Positions 9,617-20,378 of a DNA stretch of 64,000 nucleotides are shown in pieces. Below the pieces are notes generated by a model, which saw nothing but the letters and a program-made list of their open reading frames with translations, made no database searches and was not told the DNA's origin. Within the stretch, counting starts at the first letter, position 1. Every line of letters begins with the position of its first letter. This stretch comes from Nitrospirota bacterium. GTDB taxonomy: Bacteria > Nitrospirota > UBA9217. The DNA is taken from positions 1,376,001 through 1,440,000 of the forward strand of contig OY760142.1 in the NCBI GenBank assembly GCA_963663225.1, read 5' to 3'. The translations under genes and the position numbers were made by a program.

Positions 9617-10726
9617 ATGTGCCGTTTAAGCGCAATTACAGCGAGCGACTACGTTTCTCCCATGGAAAGCATTATGGCGCTCGAAGCCATGAAGGAAGGG
9701 CACGACGGATCTGGGCTCGGCCTGATGCTTAAGGATTTGGGCGGCGCCTTCGAGGACTGCAAGGGATATCCCATCCTTTCCGCCATCTGCTCAGACAAGG
9801 GCTTACGCAACCTGAACGAGTACACGAAGGTGCACGGCTTCAGGGACATCTTTTCATGGTCTCCATCCATTAAAAACATTCCCGGCATTGAGCGGCGGGG
9901 ACACTACGTCGTCAAAGTGTATGACTACCCGGCCGCATACAAGGAAAAAACGCAGCGCGAGAAGGAAGACATGCTTTTGCAAACGAGGCTCGAACTCAGA
10001 AGCATGGGCGCGTCTGACGGATCGCTTTTTGTCTTTTCCTTCTATCCGGATGTGCTTACCCTCAAGGAAGTGGGTGACCCGCTCCAGGTTGCCGAATTCT
10101 TCAGCCTTGAAAAGTCAGGTTTGGAATCGCGAATTGTCCTGGCCCAGGGCCGGCAGAACACCAACTATGCGATCGACCTCTATGCCTGTCATCCGTTTTT
10201 TATCCAGGGCTACGCCTCCATGACAAACGGCGAGAATACGGCGTTTGTGCCGATTCGCGAGTTTCTCCTGGGCCGCGGCAACACTGGATACATGGGGTAC
10301 AATTCCGATTCAGAGGTGTTGACCCATATCCTGCACTATACGAACAGAACGCTCGGCTACCCGCTTCATTACTACAAGGATGTGATTACGCCGCTGAAAG
10401 ACACCGAGATCACACAGCGCTCCGATGCGGCGGCGCTCCGGCTCATCAAAAAATCGCTTCGGCCGCTCTGCATCGACGGGCCGAACTGCGTCATCGGATT
10501 CACCCCTGATGGCACGGTTTTTATGGTGCAGGATTCAAAAAAACTCAGGCCCGGAGCGGTAGGCTGCAAGCCGGGCAAGTATGCACTCATGTCCGAGGTC
10601 TGCGGCGTCGACAGCGTCATGCCCGACCGGGATAAATCAAATGACATTTTCCCCATGAAATACGACATGGTGATCATCGCGCCTGGTGCGCGGGAGGTTG
10701 CAGTATGGAATCAGCTCCACGGCTAG
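9617..10726 (+). CDS. Glutamate synthase, glutamine amidotransferase subunit (GltB1-like)
   Basis: N-terminal Cys2 (MCRL), GHDGSG, RQNTN, HPF, NGEN, SDSE. Confidence 0.9.
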   Translation: MCRLSAITASDYVSPMESIMALEAMKEGHDGSGLGLMLKDLGGAFEDCKGYPILSAICSDKGLRNLNEYTKVHGFRDIFSWSPSIKNIPGIERRGHYVVKVYDYPAAYKEKTQREKEDMLLQTRLELRSMGASDGSLFVFSFYPDVLTLKEVGDPLQVAEFFSLEKSGLESRIVLAQGRQNTNYAIDLYACHPFFIQGYASMTNGENTAFVPIREFLLGRGNTGYMGYNSDSEVLTHILHYTNRTLGYPLHYYKDVITPLKDTEITQRSDAAALRLIKKSLRPLCIDGPNCVIGFTPDGTVFMVQDSKKLRPGAVGCKPGKYALMSEVCGVDSVMPDRDKSNDIFPMKYDMVIIAPGAREVAVWNQLHG

Positions 10727-12360
10727 ATCAAAACCATCAGCTCTCACTCAAGGAGCTTCCTTATATTGTCCGGTGGCGGGAGGACCGTTGCACCCGCTGC
10801 GGCCGGTGCACGGCCGTGTGCCCCATGAAATCCATTGAAGCCACTGTTTACACGCAGCGGGTGGTGTCTTCGGCAGGCGCAAGTCCCGATCCTACGGTAA
10901 CGCGCCGGCTGACCCACGTCGTCCGCCAGGTTACGGATATCGAACGCTACTGTATCGGCTGCGGCAGCTGCTCCCTTGTCTGCCCGACAGAAGCCATCTT
11001 TCCGGATTACAATTTCCAGCATAAACTGTATCACTATAAGAACAAAGGCGGGATTCCTTTTATGCGCGGCGGCCGGCGAAACGACCCGTCAAAGTCGACG
11101 CTCGACAAACTGAAATTTACGCGCATTTCAATGCTGACCGACCCTGCCTTGGACGCAGGAAGGCACGAATTCCGCATCAGAACGCTGCTGGGGAGAAACC
11201 TTCCCGCAGAGCAGCTTCCGCTTCACGTCGAAGGAGACAAACTCGTCTTTGCCGGATCCACCTTTATTCCCCCGGTCCGGGAAATATATCCGATTCGCAT
11301 CGGCAGCATGTCCATCGGCGCACTCTCACCGACCATGTGGGAAGGCCTCGCCATGGGCATTGCCTATCTCAATGAAGTTGAGGGAATGCCGGTTGTTATG
11401 TGCACCGGCGAGGGCGGATTGCCGCCGAGCATTCTGAAATCAAGGTACCTCAAGTATTTCATCCTGCAGATCGCCTCGGGCTATTTTGGCTGGGACGAAA
11501 TCATCCGGTCGCTTCCGGACATGATCGAAGACCCCTGCGCCATCGAGATCAAGTACGGGCAGGGAGCGAAGCCCGGCGACGGCGGACTGCTGCAGGCTTA
11601 TAAAGTTCTCGGCCTGATTGCAAAAATCCGCGGCGTTCCACAGTTCGTCGATTTGGCTTCGCCTCCGACGCACCAAACGAAGTACTCCATTGAGGAGGCG
11701 GTCGCAAAGATGATCCAGTCCATGTCCATGGCATGGGGATTCCGCGTGCCGGTCTATCCGAAAATATCAGGAACCAAAACGGCCCGGGCGGTCCTGAATA
11801 ATCTTGCCCGCAATCCGTATGCGGCGGCGCTTTGCATTGACGGTGAGGACGGCGGCACCGGCGCGGCATACAATGTTTCGATGGATAAAATGGGACATCC
11901 CATCGCTTCAAACATCCGCGACTGTTATCTGGATCTGGTAAAATCCGGAAAGCAGAACGAGCTCCCGCTTATTGCGGCAGGCGGCGTGGCCAAACGCGGG
12001 CACCTTGCGGCGAACGCAGCCGCACTTATCATGCTCGGTGCATCCGCCGTTGATGTCGGCAAGTACATCATGCAGGCGGTTGCCGACTGCTTTGGTGATG
12101 AATACAATCGCTGCAATGTCTGCAACCTCGGCAGGTGTCCGCGAGGCATCACCACGCAGGACCCGAAGCTCTATCGCAGGCTCGACCCGGACAAGGTGGC
12201 CGAGCGTGTTGTAGAGGTGTTCAAGGCGGCGGACGTTGAACTGAAAAAGATTTTTGCGCCGCTCGGCAGAAGTACGGAACTTCCCATCGGCATGTCCGAT
12301 GCTCTCGGCGTGAATGACAAGGAAATCGCCGACAGACTGCAAATTTCGTATGTGTGCTAG
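10705..12360 (+). CDS. Glutamate synthase FMN-binding subunit with N-terminal ferredoxin (GltB2-like)
   Basis: MSIGALS, TGEGG, EIKYGQGAKPGDGG, DGEDGGTGAA, CNLGRCPRGITTQDP. Confidence 0.92.
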   Translation: MESAPRLDQNHQLSLKELPYIVRWREDRCTRCGRCTAVCPMKSIEATVYTQRVVSSAGASPDPTVTRRLTHVVRQVTDIERYCIGCGSCSLVCPTEAIFPDYNFQHKLYHYKNKGGIPFMRGGRRNDPSKSTLDKLKFTRISMLTDPALDAGRHEFRIRTLLGRNLPAEQLPLHVEGDKLVFAGSTFIPPVREIYPIRIGSMSIGALSPTMWEGLAMGIAYLNEVEGMPVVMCTGEGGLPPSILKSRYLKYFILQIASGYFGWDEIIRSLPDMIEDPCAIEIKYGQGAKPGDGGLLQAYKVLGLIAKIRGVPQFVDLASPPTHQTKYSIEEAVAKMIQSMSMAWGFRVPVYPKISGTKTARAVLNNLARNPYAAALCIDGEDGGTGAAYNVSMDKMGHPIASNIRDCYLDLVKSGKQNELPLIAAGGVAKRGHLAANAAALIMLGASAVDVGKYIMQAVADCFGDEYNRCNVCNLGRCPRGITTQDPKLYRRLDPDKVAERVVEVFKAADVELKKIFAPLGRSTELPIGMSDALGVNDKEIADRLQISYVC

Positions 12361-12390
12361 CAGCCACATAGCTATGTTAAGGTAGAACGC

Positions 12391-14718
12391 ATGATTATTC
12401 AGGGCACGATTAACGGAAAACGGGTAGCAACAAAAGACCTCGAAGAAAAAATTCAGAATGCCGTCAAGACGGGCGCTACCGAACTTACGGTCATTGCCGA
12501 CGGGCAGCACGGCATCGGCGGCCGCATTTGGCCCCGGGGATACAAAGTTTCGGTGACGATCGAAGGCACTGCAGGCCAGCGCGTCGGCAGCATGGGCATG
12601 GACGGAACGGAAATTCTGGTGCAGGGAAGCACGTCCGACGATACCGGCTGGCTCAACTGCGGTTCGACGATCACCGTGCTGGGTGATGTGGCGAACGGTG
12701 CGCACAACGCGGGCGCCCAGGGAATTCTGTACGTACAGGGCGGCGGCGGGGCCCGCTGCGATACCATGACCAAAAAGAACCCCCGGTTCCCGGATCTCCA
12801 GTCATGGTATTTTCGCGGCGTGGGAGACTCTTTTGCCGAGTTCAAGGCAGGCGGCATTGCCGTTGTCTGCGGCGTGGAACCCCGGGACCCGGAAAACATC
12901 CTCGGCTACCGCCCCTGTGTCGGCATGGTCGGTGGGACGATTTATTTTCGCGGTCCGGTCAAGGAATACAGCAAGGCAGACGTAAAGCTTGAAGAACTCA
13001 CTCCACAGGACTGGGAATGGCTCACGACGCACATGAAGCCCTATCTTCAGGCCATTGACCGCATGTCCTTCTACGAAGAGCTGACCAAAGACAGAAGCGA
13101 TTGGAAAAAGTTTATCGCATTCACGGCCGCTGAACGAGCCAGAAACAAGGGCAAGCTCAAAATGAGTTTGGCCGATTTTCGTCAGAATGTGTGGGAGGCG
13201 GAAACGGGCAAAGGCGGCATGTTCAGCGCGTATTTTACGCAAGACCGCTCTACGCTCCCGTATATTACGACAGGTGAGGACCGGCGGTGGAAGCCGGTTT
13301 GGAAAAACGACAAGTATCTCCCTCCGTGCGCCTATTCCTGTCCGTCACGCATTCCTTCTCACAAACGCGCGCAGCTGATCAGACAGGGAAGAACGGCCGA
13401 CGCTCTCGCCCTGGTGCTTCAGTACAGCCCTCTGCCGGCAACCGTGTGCGGGACCGTCTGCCCGAATCTTTGCATGACTGATTGTACGCGGGCACGGGTC
13501 GATGCACCTCTGAACATCCGGGAATACGGGGCGGCGGCATTGAACCTGAAGGCCCCGAAAAAAGAAAAAGCAACAGGACACACCATCGCTGTTATCGGCG
13601 GAGGCCCCGGCGGTCTTTCTGCTGCCTGGCAACTAGGACTCAAGGGCCATACGGTCGATCTGTACGAGGCCTCGGACAAGATCGGCGGCAAGCTTGAGAT
13701 GTGCATCCCGCGCGAGCGCCTTCCGCAGCGTATTTTGAACAAAGAGCTTTCACGGTTCGGAGAGATCGGCGTACAAGTGCATGTAAAGTCTCCGGTGACC
13801 AGAAAGCTGTTTGACAAAGTATATAAAGACCATGAAATAGTTGTTATTGCCGTGGGCGCTCATCAGGCCCGCATCATTCCCTTTCCCGGCTACGAAGACG
13901 TGGTTGCCGGCATTGAATACCTGAAGGAAGTGAATTTCGGCAAACCCCGGAATCTGAAAGGCAAGAAGGTGGTTGTGATCGGCGCGGGAAACGCGGGCAT
14001 GGACATTGCCTGCCAGGCCTGGAACCACGGCGCTGCGATGGTGACCTGCGTTGACATTCAAAAACCCGCGTCCTTCGGCGTCGAGCAGGCTATGGCGAAG
14101 AGCAAGGGAACGCAGATTGTGTACCCGAAAGCCACCCAGAAATATGATGCAAAAGCAAAGAAAATATATTTCCAGGACGGCAGCTCTCTGGATGCCGACC
14201 TGGTCGTCATCTCCATTGGAGAAAAACCGATAATCGATTTTCTGCCGCCGGGAATCCATACAGATGAACGCGGTTACATCGTCGTCAACGATCTGAACCA
14301 GACTTCCGATGTCAAGGTCTTTGCCATCGGCGACGTGACCAGGCCGGGCCTGATAACAAACTCCATTGGACAGGGCAAGGTGGCGGCCGACGTGATCAAT
14401 GCCCAGCTCATGAACTACGATTACGTGGCTGAAGAACGGCGGGCGATTCCGGTGGAGAAAGTCAAGACCCAGTACTACGAGGTCTGCCGTCTGCTCGAAA
14501 AGTTCTCGCCCAAGAAAGAAGCGGACCGCTGCATGAGCTGCGGTTCCTGCCGTGACTGCGGCATGTGCGTTGAGACGTGTTACTACGGCGCCATATCGCG
14601 CAAAACGCTTCCCAATAAATCGTTCGAATATGTCGTGGACGAGTCCAAATGCATCGGCTGCGGCTTCTGCGCAGGCATTTGTCCCTGCGGAGTGTGGGAC
14701 ATGATGGAAAACGTGTAA
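12391..14718 (+). CDS. Glutamate synthase GXGXG domain fused to GltD-like FAD/NAD(P)H oxidoreductase and ferredoxin
   Basis: GQHGIGG repeats, CGTVCPNLC, IGGGPGGL, IGAGNAG, C-terminal CxxCxxC motifs. Confidence 0.9.
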   Translation: MIIQGTINGKRVATKDLEEKIQNAVKTGATELTVIADGQHGIGGRIWPRGYKVSVTIEGTAGQRVGSMGMDGTEILVQGSTSDDTGWLNCGSTITVLGDVANGAHNAGAQGILYVQGGGGARCDTMTKKNPRFPDLQSWYFRGVGDSFAEFKAGGIAVVCGVEPRDPENILGYRPCVGMVGGTIYFRGPVKEYSKADVKLEELTPQDWEWLTTHMKPYLQAIDRMSFYEELTKDRSDWKKFIAFTAAERARNKGKLKMSLADFRQNVWEAETGKGGMFSAYFTQDRSTLPYITTGEDRRWKPVWKNDKYLPPCAYSCPSRIPSHKRAQLIRQGRTADALALVLQYSPLPATVCGTVCPNLCMTDCTRARVDAPLNIREYGAAALNLKAPKKEKATGHTIAVIGGGPGGLSAAWQLGLKGHTVDLYEASDKIGGKLEMCIPRERLPQRILNKELSRFGEIGVQVHVKSPVTRKLFDKVYKDHEIVVIAVGAHQARIIPFPGYEDVVAGIEYLKEVNFGKPRNLKGKKVVVIGAGNAGMDIACQAWNHGAAMVTCVDIQKPASFGVEQAMAKSKGTQIVYPKATQKYDAKAKKIYFQDGSSLDADLVVISIGEKPIIDFLPPGIHTDERGYIVVNDLNQTSDVKVFAIGDVTRPGLITNSIGQGKVAADVINAQLMNYDYVAEERRAIPVEKVKTQYYEVCRLLEKFSPKKEADRCMSCGSCRDCGMCVETCYYGAISRKTLPNKSFEYVVDESKCIGCGFCAGICPCGVWDMMENV

Positions 14719-14749
14719 ACACTTCGCCGGCTCCGGTCCATACAAAATG

Positions 14750-14785
14750 AAAGCCCTTCGCGGTATAATCCCGAAGGGCTTTTTT
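14750..14785. terminator. Rho-independent terminator between glt operon and convergent kinase
   Basis: aaagcccttcg...cgaagggctttttt. Confidence 0.75.
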
Positions 14786-14816
14786 GCTGCCCGTATGATA
14801 GGGGAGCATCCTGATG

Positions 14817-16996
14817 TTAGGGTGAGAACCGCCCGGACGCGGATGATTGTGAAGGATTGTGTGAACAGGAGTCGAGTATCTGCCGTATCTGCACCAGGAG
14901 ATCGCGGGATTCAAACGGTTTTTGAAGGAACCAGGCGACAGTATTGATGTCTTCTTTCTCCGCGACATATTTCATGTAGCCTGATATGGCCAGCATGCGT
15001 ACCTCGGGGTTAATCGCCCGCAAGCGGTGCATGAGCTCTTTCCCGTCGAGCCTCGGCATTACCATGTCCGTAATCACCAACGCCACCTCGTCCGACATTC
15101 TGTTGAACACTTCCAGACCGAGGATGGGGTCGTTGGCCGTCAGGACCTTATATCCATTTGAGGTGAGCGTCTCCTGAATTGCACTCAGGATGTCTTCTTC
15201 GTCGTCGATAACCAGGATGGTTTCCGTTCCTCTCTGCGGCACCAGCAACGGCCGTGATCCGGGTGCGGGGGCTTCGCGAAGAACAGGAAGGAGGACTTTG
15301 AATGTGGCGCCGCTGCCGACGCGGCTTTGCACCACGATATACCCTTTATGCTCCAGTACGGCGCCATAGCACATGGCAAGACCCAGCCCCGTTCCTTTTC
15401 CTCGTTCTTTGGTGGTAAAGAATGGTTCAAATATTTTTTGCACCAGGTGCTCCGGAATGCCGACTCCTGAATCCGTCACACTCATCTGAACATAGTCTCC
15501 CGGCAGGACATAGGGCGGGACATCAGGGGTATTTCCGGGGACCTGCAAAACAGCAGTTGTGAGAACGATTCTGCCTCCCTGGGGCATCGCATCCCGTGCA
15601 TTCACCACGAGATTCATAACGACCTGTTCGAGCTGGTTGAAGTCGCCTTTGACAAGAGGAAGATTTTCCGACAAGGCCAGTTCGAGAGATATGTTTTTAT
15701 CGAGAACCCGTTCCACCAGTTTGGCGGAGTCAGTTATGATGTCATTGATATTGATGGGGAGAATTTCATAATTGCTCCGACGGGCAAATCCCAAGAGCTT
15801 ATTTATCATAGCTCCTGCTTTGCGCGATACATCTTCAATGACCTGGAGGCTCCGGAGAGATTTTGCGTCCAGAGAAGGGAAAAGCCGGACAATTTCCGTA
15901 TGGCCGAGAATTGCGGTCAGAATATTGTTGAAATCATGCGCGATGCCTCCTGCAAGCACGCCGATGGATTCCATCTTCTGAGATTGAAGGAGATGAGACT
16001 GTAGTTTCCTCTTTTCCGTGAGGTCCCGATAAAAAGACTGAATCAGCAAGGTGTCTCCGATTGCCACTGCTTTTGAGCTGATTTCAAGCGGCAGAGCAGT
16101 TCCGTCTTTTTTTATCTGCACGGTTTCAAAGTTAAGCGATTCTCCGGCAAGCAGGCGGGCCATTCTTTCCTGGACGACAGAAGGCGTATTTTCGGCCAAG
16201 AGACGCCACACCGAGGTCCCTATCAATTCTTCCCTGGTGTACCCGTGCATTTCGCAGATTCTATTGTTGACATTAACGATTAAGCCGTGTTTGTCGATAA
16301 CAGAGATTCCGTCGGTTGCATTTTCAAACAGCGCCCGGAGCTGCTGCTCGGAGTTTTGGAGCTCCTGAGTCCGTTCCTGGACCATATTTTCAAGCTGATG
16401 AGAATAGGTTTCAAGCTGTTTTTTTTGCTGTTCGATGTCATATTGGAGAGAGAGCTCCCGGACATATCGCAAATGCATAATGTAGCGTAAATATATCAGT
16501 GCGAGAGAACAGTAGAGAATGAAAAAATTTGCGTTGATAAAAAAAGGCCAGTCTGTAATCGTGTCATACATCAGGATGGGGACCAGATATAAGGAGTAAA
16601 CAATAACGAGAATGAAAATACTTACATTGAGGCCGAGCGGAATAAGTCCAATGCAGAAAATCGCCGATAATATCATGCCCGCAAAGTAGGGGGAACGGTG
16701 GCCGCCAAAGTGGAAGATCATGACACTCACCATGCCCGAAACAATGACTGCTGCGAGAATGGTCAGAAAATGGTGCCGGTTCCTGCTGGCTTCTTTTCTG
16801 TTGAAAAGAAACAGTATGAAAATCAGTGTCCCGCAATAATTCTGTAAAACAGAAAACGGGCAAAGTTTTCCGGAGTTACAAAATAGTCAAGTATGCATAA
16901 ACTGAGTATGACGAGAGAGCCTAATGCTATGGCGTAATTGGACCAGTAATGGAGCAGTTTGACAATGTTGCTGCTGATATATTCGTCTTTGGTCAT
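14817..16996 (-). CDS. Membrane hybrid histidine kinase (PhcS-like TM sensor, PAS, HisKA, HATPase, REC), with apparent 1-bp frameshift near 16830
   Basis: AGGIAHDFNN, NARDAM, GKGTGLGL, REC domain; N-terminus MTKDEY...LDYFVTPENFARFLFYR lies in a different frame from the 16733 ORF. Confidence 0.85.
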
Positions 16997-17051
16997 ACAG
17001 CATTATATTAGCATACGGTCCCGGCATGCGCAAATTAATTTATGATGGCAG

Positions 17052-18473
17052 CTAGAGCAGGCGCTCCTTCCGTAAAATTCTCCGTGCCGTATCATGGCCC
17101 CCGTAGCAGGTTCCCGGCATGCCGAATGCGATGCTTGTCCAGTGGCCGGTCAGGTACATACCGCGGATATCCGTCGTTCTGTTGAAAACCGGATCGTAGG
17201 TCTGCGAAGGCGTTTTGTCCCATCCGAAAGAAGCCCCGTGATGGTTCAGGGTATATCGGTGCAACGTGTGAGGAGTTGCGGCATCAACATAAGCAATATG
17301 ATTTTTAAGCGGTGGCAAAAAAGCAATTACACGGTCTAAAAAATCATCGGCGATTTGTTTTTTATTCTGTTTCCAGAATTCCGCGGACTGAAAGGGAGCG
17401 CCCACAAAAACGAGAATTGTTTTCTGATCGGGCGCCACACGCAGCATAAACATGCCCGACTCCCTGAAATTGCAGTGTTGCGTCTGTATGAACATTTCAT
17501 CCAAATCATAATGAGGGAGATGCCAGGTATTTGTTCCTGGTGCCGGAAGCTCCGGAAATCCGCTTTTCAGTCCGACATATAAAATGACATTGGACGGCGA
17601 AGGCGTTAAGTGTTCCAACGAAGGGACGAGGTCCTGGCGGCCGTGAGCTTCACGGAGCAGGTTGTTGAATGTCGCGGTGATGTCCACGGCGGACACAACA
17701 TATTTTGCGTTTCGGATGGTATCATCGTCCAGGACAATGCCGGCGGCTGTTTTGTTTTTCACGAGGATTTTTTTTACCAATCTGTTATACGCAAGCGTTC
17801 CGCCGTGCTGCTGAATGATTTCAGCCAGCGCATCAGGCAGATTTTGCATCCCTCCCCTGGGATAATAGCCGCCGTCCAGAACGAATTCACTCAAAATTTT
17901 TGTGGCGCTGAAGGCGTGCATCCGGGAAGGCGGGAGTCCGCCGTTTCCGAAGACCGGCGCGGCAAGGATGCTCTTCAGTTTTTCATCGGAGAAAAAAGCG
18001 TCCAAAAGCTCCCGAAACGTTTTATCCTTCAGTTTTGTAAATTCCGACTGGCGGGATGAGGTAAGAAAATCATAAAACTTACTGAAATTACTTTTTTCAG
18101 AGGGGAAGGATTGATCAACACTGTCCTGCGTTTTCCGTGCATCGCCCCAGAAGGTAACGGTATGGTCGGGCGAGACAATGATATCGGACGGGTCATGTCT
18201 GTCAATGGTGATTTTTCTGTCCACGCCCAGTTCCGTGAAGATTTTGCGCACGTGTCCGCCCTCTCTGTAATTCCCGAATGAATGCGCTGCGGAGTCGAAC
18301 AGAAATCCCCGGCGTTTGAACGACGTGAAATATCCCCCCGGCTTGTTGTGCTGCTCCACGAGAAGGATTTTCAAACCTGCCTTTGCAAGATAGCAACCGC
18401 AGACGAGACCGCTTATGCCCGCGCCGATCACAATGACGTCATATGCGTCGTTCTCCCGATCAAGCGTTGACAT
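17052..18473 (-). CDS. Phytoene desaturase (CrtI)-like FAD oxidoreductase
   Basis: VIGAGISGL, EQHNKPGG..SFKRRGFLFD, YPRGGMQ, ATPHTLHRYT, LTGHW. Confidence 0.85.
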   Translation of the reverse strand: MSTLDRENDAYDVIVIGAGISGLVCGCYLAKAGLKILLVEQHNKPGGYFTSFKRRGFLFDSAAHSFGNYREGGHVRKIFTELGVDRKITIDRHDPSDIIVSPDHTVTFWGDARKTQDSVDQSFPSEKSNFSKFYDFLTSSRQSEFTKLKDKTFRELLDAFFSDEKLKSILAAPVFGNGGLPPSRMHAFSATKILSEFVLDGGYYPRGGMQNLPDALAEIIQQHGGTLAYNRLVKKILVKNKTAAGIVLDDDTIRNAKYVVSAVDITATFNNLLREAHGRQDLVPSLEHLTPSPSNVILYVGLKSGFPELPAPGTNTWHLPHYDLDEMFIQTQHCNFRESGMFMLRVAPDQKTILVFVGAPFQSAEFWKQNKKQIADDFLDRVIAFLPPLKNHIAYVDAATPHTLHRYTLNHHGASFGWDKTPSQTYDPVFNRTTDIRGMYLTGHWTSIAFGMPGTCYGGHDTARRILRKERLL

Positions 18474-18723
18474 TTGCCAATCCCTGTTTTTGCATTTTTT
18501 TCACCACAGCTATCGCGTCCTGCACCGTAGTGATTGCCGGAACGTCCTCGTCCCGAACCGATATCCCGAATTTCTTCTCTATTGCAACGGTTATCTCGAT
18601 TGTCTTAATGGAATCAACCTCCAGATCCTGCATGATTTTTGTATTCGGTGTGATTTCCTCCACGTCAAATCCGGAAACATCCGATATTATTGCTATGACT
18701 TCTTTCTCAACATTTGTGTCCAT
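18460..18723 (-). CDS. Acyl carrier protein
   Basis: DLEVDSIKTIEI phosphopantetheine motif; acidic 87 aa. Confidence 0.9.
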   Translation of the reverse strand: MDTNVEKEVIAIISDVSGFDVEEITPNTKIMQDLEVDSIKTIEITVAIEKKFGISVRDEDVPAITTVQDAIAVVKKMQKQGLANVNA

Positions 18724-18733
18724 GGCTTTCTCC

Positions 18734-19951
18734 TTATATGATGAATTTTTTTATGACCAGCGAGGCGTTATTGCCGCCGAATGCATAGGAATTATTGAGC
18801 GCGATAGTGACGGGCTGCCGTCTTGCATGGTTCGGTACGCAGTCAATATCGCACTCCGGGTCCGGTGTCTCATAGTTCATGGTGGGCGGTATGGTGTCAT
18901 GTTTTACCGTGAGGGCGCAGGCAACCGCTTCAAGGGCCGAGGCAGCGCCCATGGTATGGCCAAGCATTGATTTTATGGAACTAATGGGTATGTTTTTAGA
19001 CCGCGCTCCGAATACTTTCTTGATGGCGGCGCATTCTGCGCGGTCATTTGCAGGCGTTCCGGTGCCGTGGGCGCTGATATAATCAACCGTATCCGGAGTT
19101 ATACAAGCCTCCTGGATGGCTTTTCTCATACACGCGGCAATTCCGTCCACTGCAGCAAGCGTCATATGACTCGCGTCGCAGCTCAAACCATAGCCGAGAA
19201 TTTCCGCATAAATCGGTGCCTTTCTTCTGAGCGCACGTTCGAGGACTTCCAGCACGAGCACCGCAGCCCCTTCGCCGGGGATCATCCCTTTTCTGTTTTT
19301 ATCAAAAGGCCGGCACTGTTCCGGCGCCACGGCCGAAAACTGGTTGAAGCCGGTGTACTCGATGCGGGAAATGCCGTCGGATGCTCCTGCCAGAACGATA
19401 TCGGCTTTCTGCAATTTCAACAGATCATATCCGTATGCAATTGCGTAGTTGCCGGCCGAACATGCGGTTGAGGTCATGAAAAGCGGTCCTGTGCACTGGA
19501 AGCGCTTCGCGATTTCGGCAGGAGCTGTGTGTGGCGGCATTTGAGATAATATGCCCGGGGAGACCGGGCGGCCCTGAATAAGACAGTCATCGACGTCCTC
19601 GATAGCTTGTGCGGCACCTAATGTCGTTCCATGAGAAACAGCAACGACGGCCTGCTTCAAATCATCAGGAGAGAGCGCGGCATCCATCACCGCAAGGTCA
19701 GCCGAAGCCACTGCCATCTGTGTGGCCCTGTTCATCCGACGCACACAGTTGGCATACAGGAACTGATCAGGATTAAAGATTTTTACTTCGCCGCCGTTAT
19801 GAGTGAAATGTTTCGATGTATCAAAAGCCGTCACCGGACTGATACCGGACTTTCCCTGGAGCAGGGCTTCCCAGAACGCATCCTTGCCGATGCCGATGGA
19901 CGATATGGCTCCCAGTCCTGTAATCACAACCCGCTTATTCGTATTTAGCAC
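18734..19951 (-). CDS. fabF: Beta-ketoacyl-ACP synthase (active KS, FabF-like)
   Basis: TACSAG, AHGTGT, KSMLGHTMGA: intact Cys-His-His triad. Confidence 0.9.
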   Translation of the reverse strand: MLNTNKRVVITGLGAISSIGIGKDAFWEALLQGKSGISPVTAFDTSKHFTHNGGEVKIFNPDQFLYANCVRRMNRATQMAVASADLAVMDAALSPDDLKQAVVAVSHGTTLGAAQAIEDVDDCLIQGRPVSPGILSQMPPHTAPAEIAKRFQCTGPLFMTSTACSAGNYAIAYGYDLLKLQKADIVLAGASDGISRIEYTGFNQFSAVAPEQCRPFDKNRKGMIPGEGAAVLVLEVLERALRRKAPIYAEILGYGLSCDASHMTLAAVDGIAACMRKAIQEACITPDTVDYISAHGTGTPANDRAECAAIKKVFGARSKNIPISSIKSMLGHTMGAASALEAVACALTVKHDTIPPTMNYETPDPECDIDCVPNHARRQPVTIALNNSYAFGGNNASLVIKKFII

Positions 19952-20375
19952 TGAATATCATCTCCGCTTCTGTAATTTTTTTGCCTTCCACGAAAGCTTC
20001 GCCGGATACACAGGCTCCGGTCGGCAGCGTTTTGATGTTCTGAACGCGTATCGTTATCTGATCACCGGGGACCGCAGGATGCAAAAACCGCGCTTTGGCT
20101 GAGCCGAAAAAATACAGCGGTTTTTTGCTTTCGTCCGGACGATTCGCATGCAGCGCGAAAAGAACAATGGCGGTCTGGGCCATGGCTTCCAGGATAAGCG
20201 CCCCCGGCATGACGGCTTTTTCCGGAAAATGACCCTGCATAAACGCTTCGTTCCCGGACACGTTTTTAATTGCGACCGCGTGTTTTCCCGGCTCCGCTTC
20301 CAACACCCGGTCGATCATAATAAATGGATACCGCTGGGGAATCAGTTTTTTTATTTTTTCAAAGTCAATACGCAT
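19935..20375 (-). CDS. fabZ: 3-hydroxyacyl-ACP dehydratase
   Basis: PQRYPF, GHFP..AVMPGALILEAMAQ. Confidence 0.9.
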   Translation of the reverse strand: MRIDFEKIKKLIPQRYPFIMIDRVLEAEPGKHAVAIKNVSGNEAFMQGHFPEKAVMPGALILEAMAQTAIVLFALHANRPDESKKPLYFFGSAKARFLHPAVPGDQITIRVQNIKTLPTGACVSGEAFVEGKKITEAEMIFSAKYE

Positions 20376-20378
20376 TCG

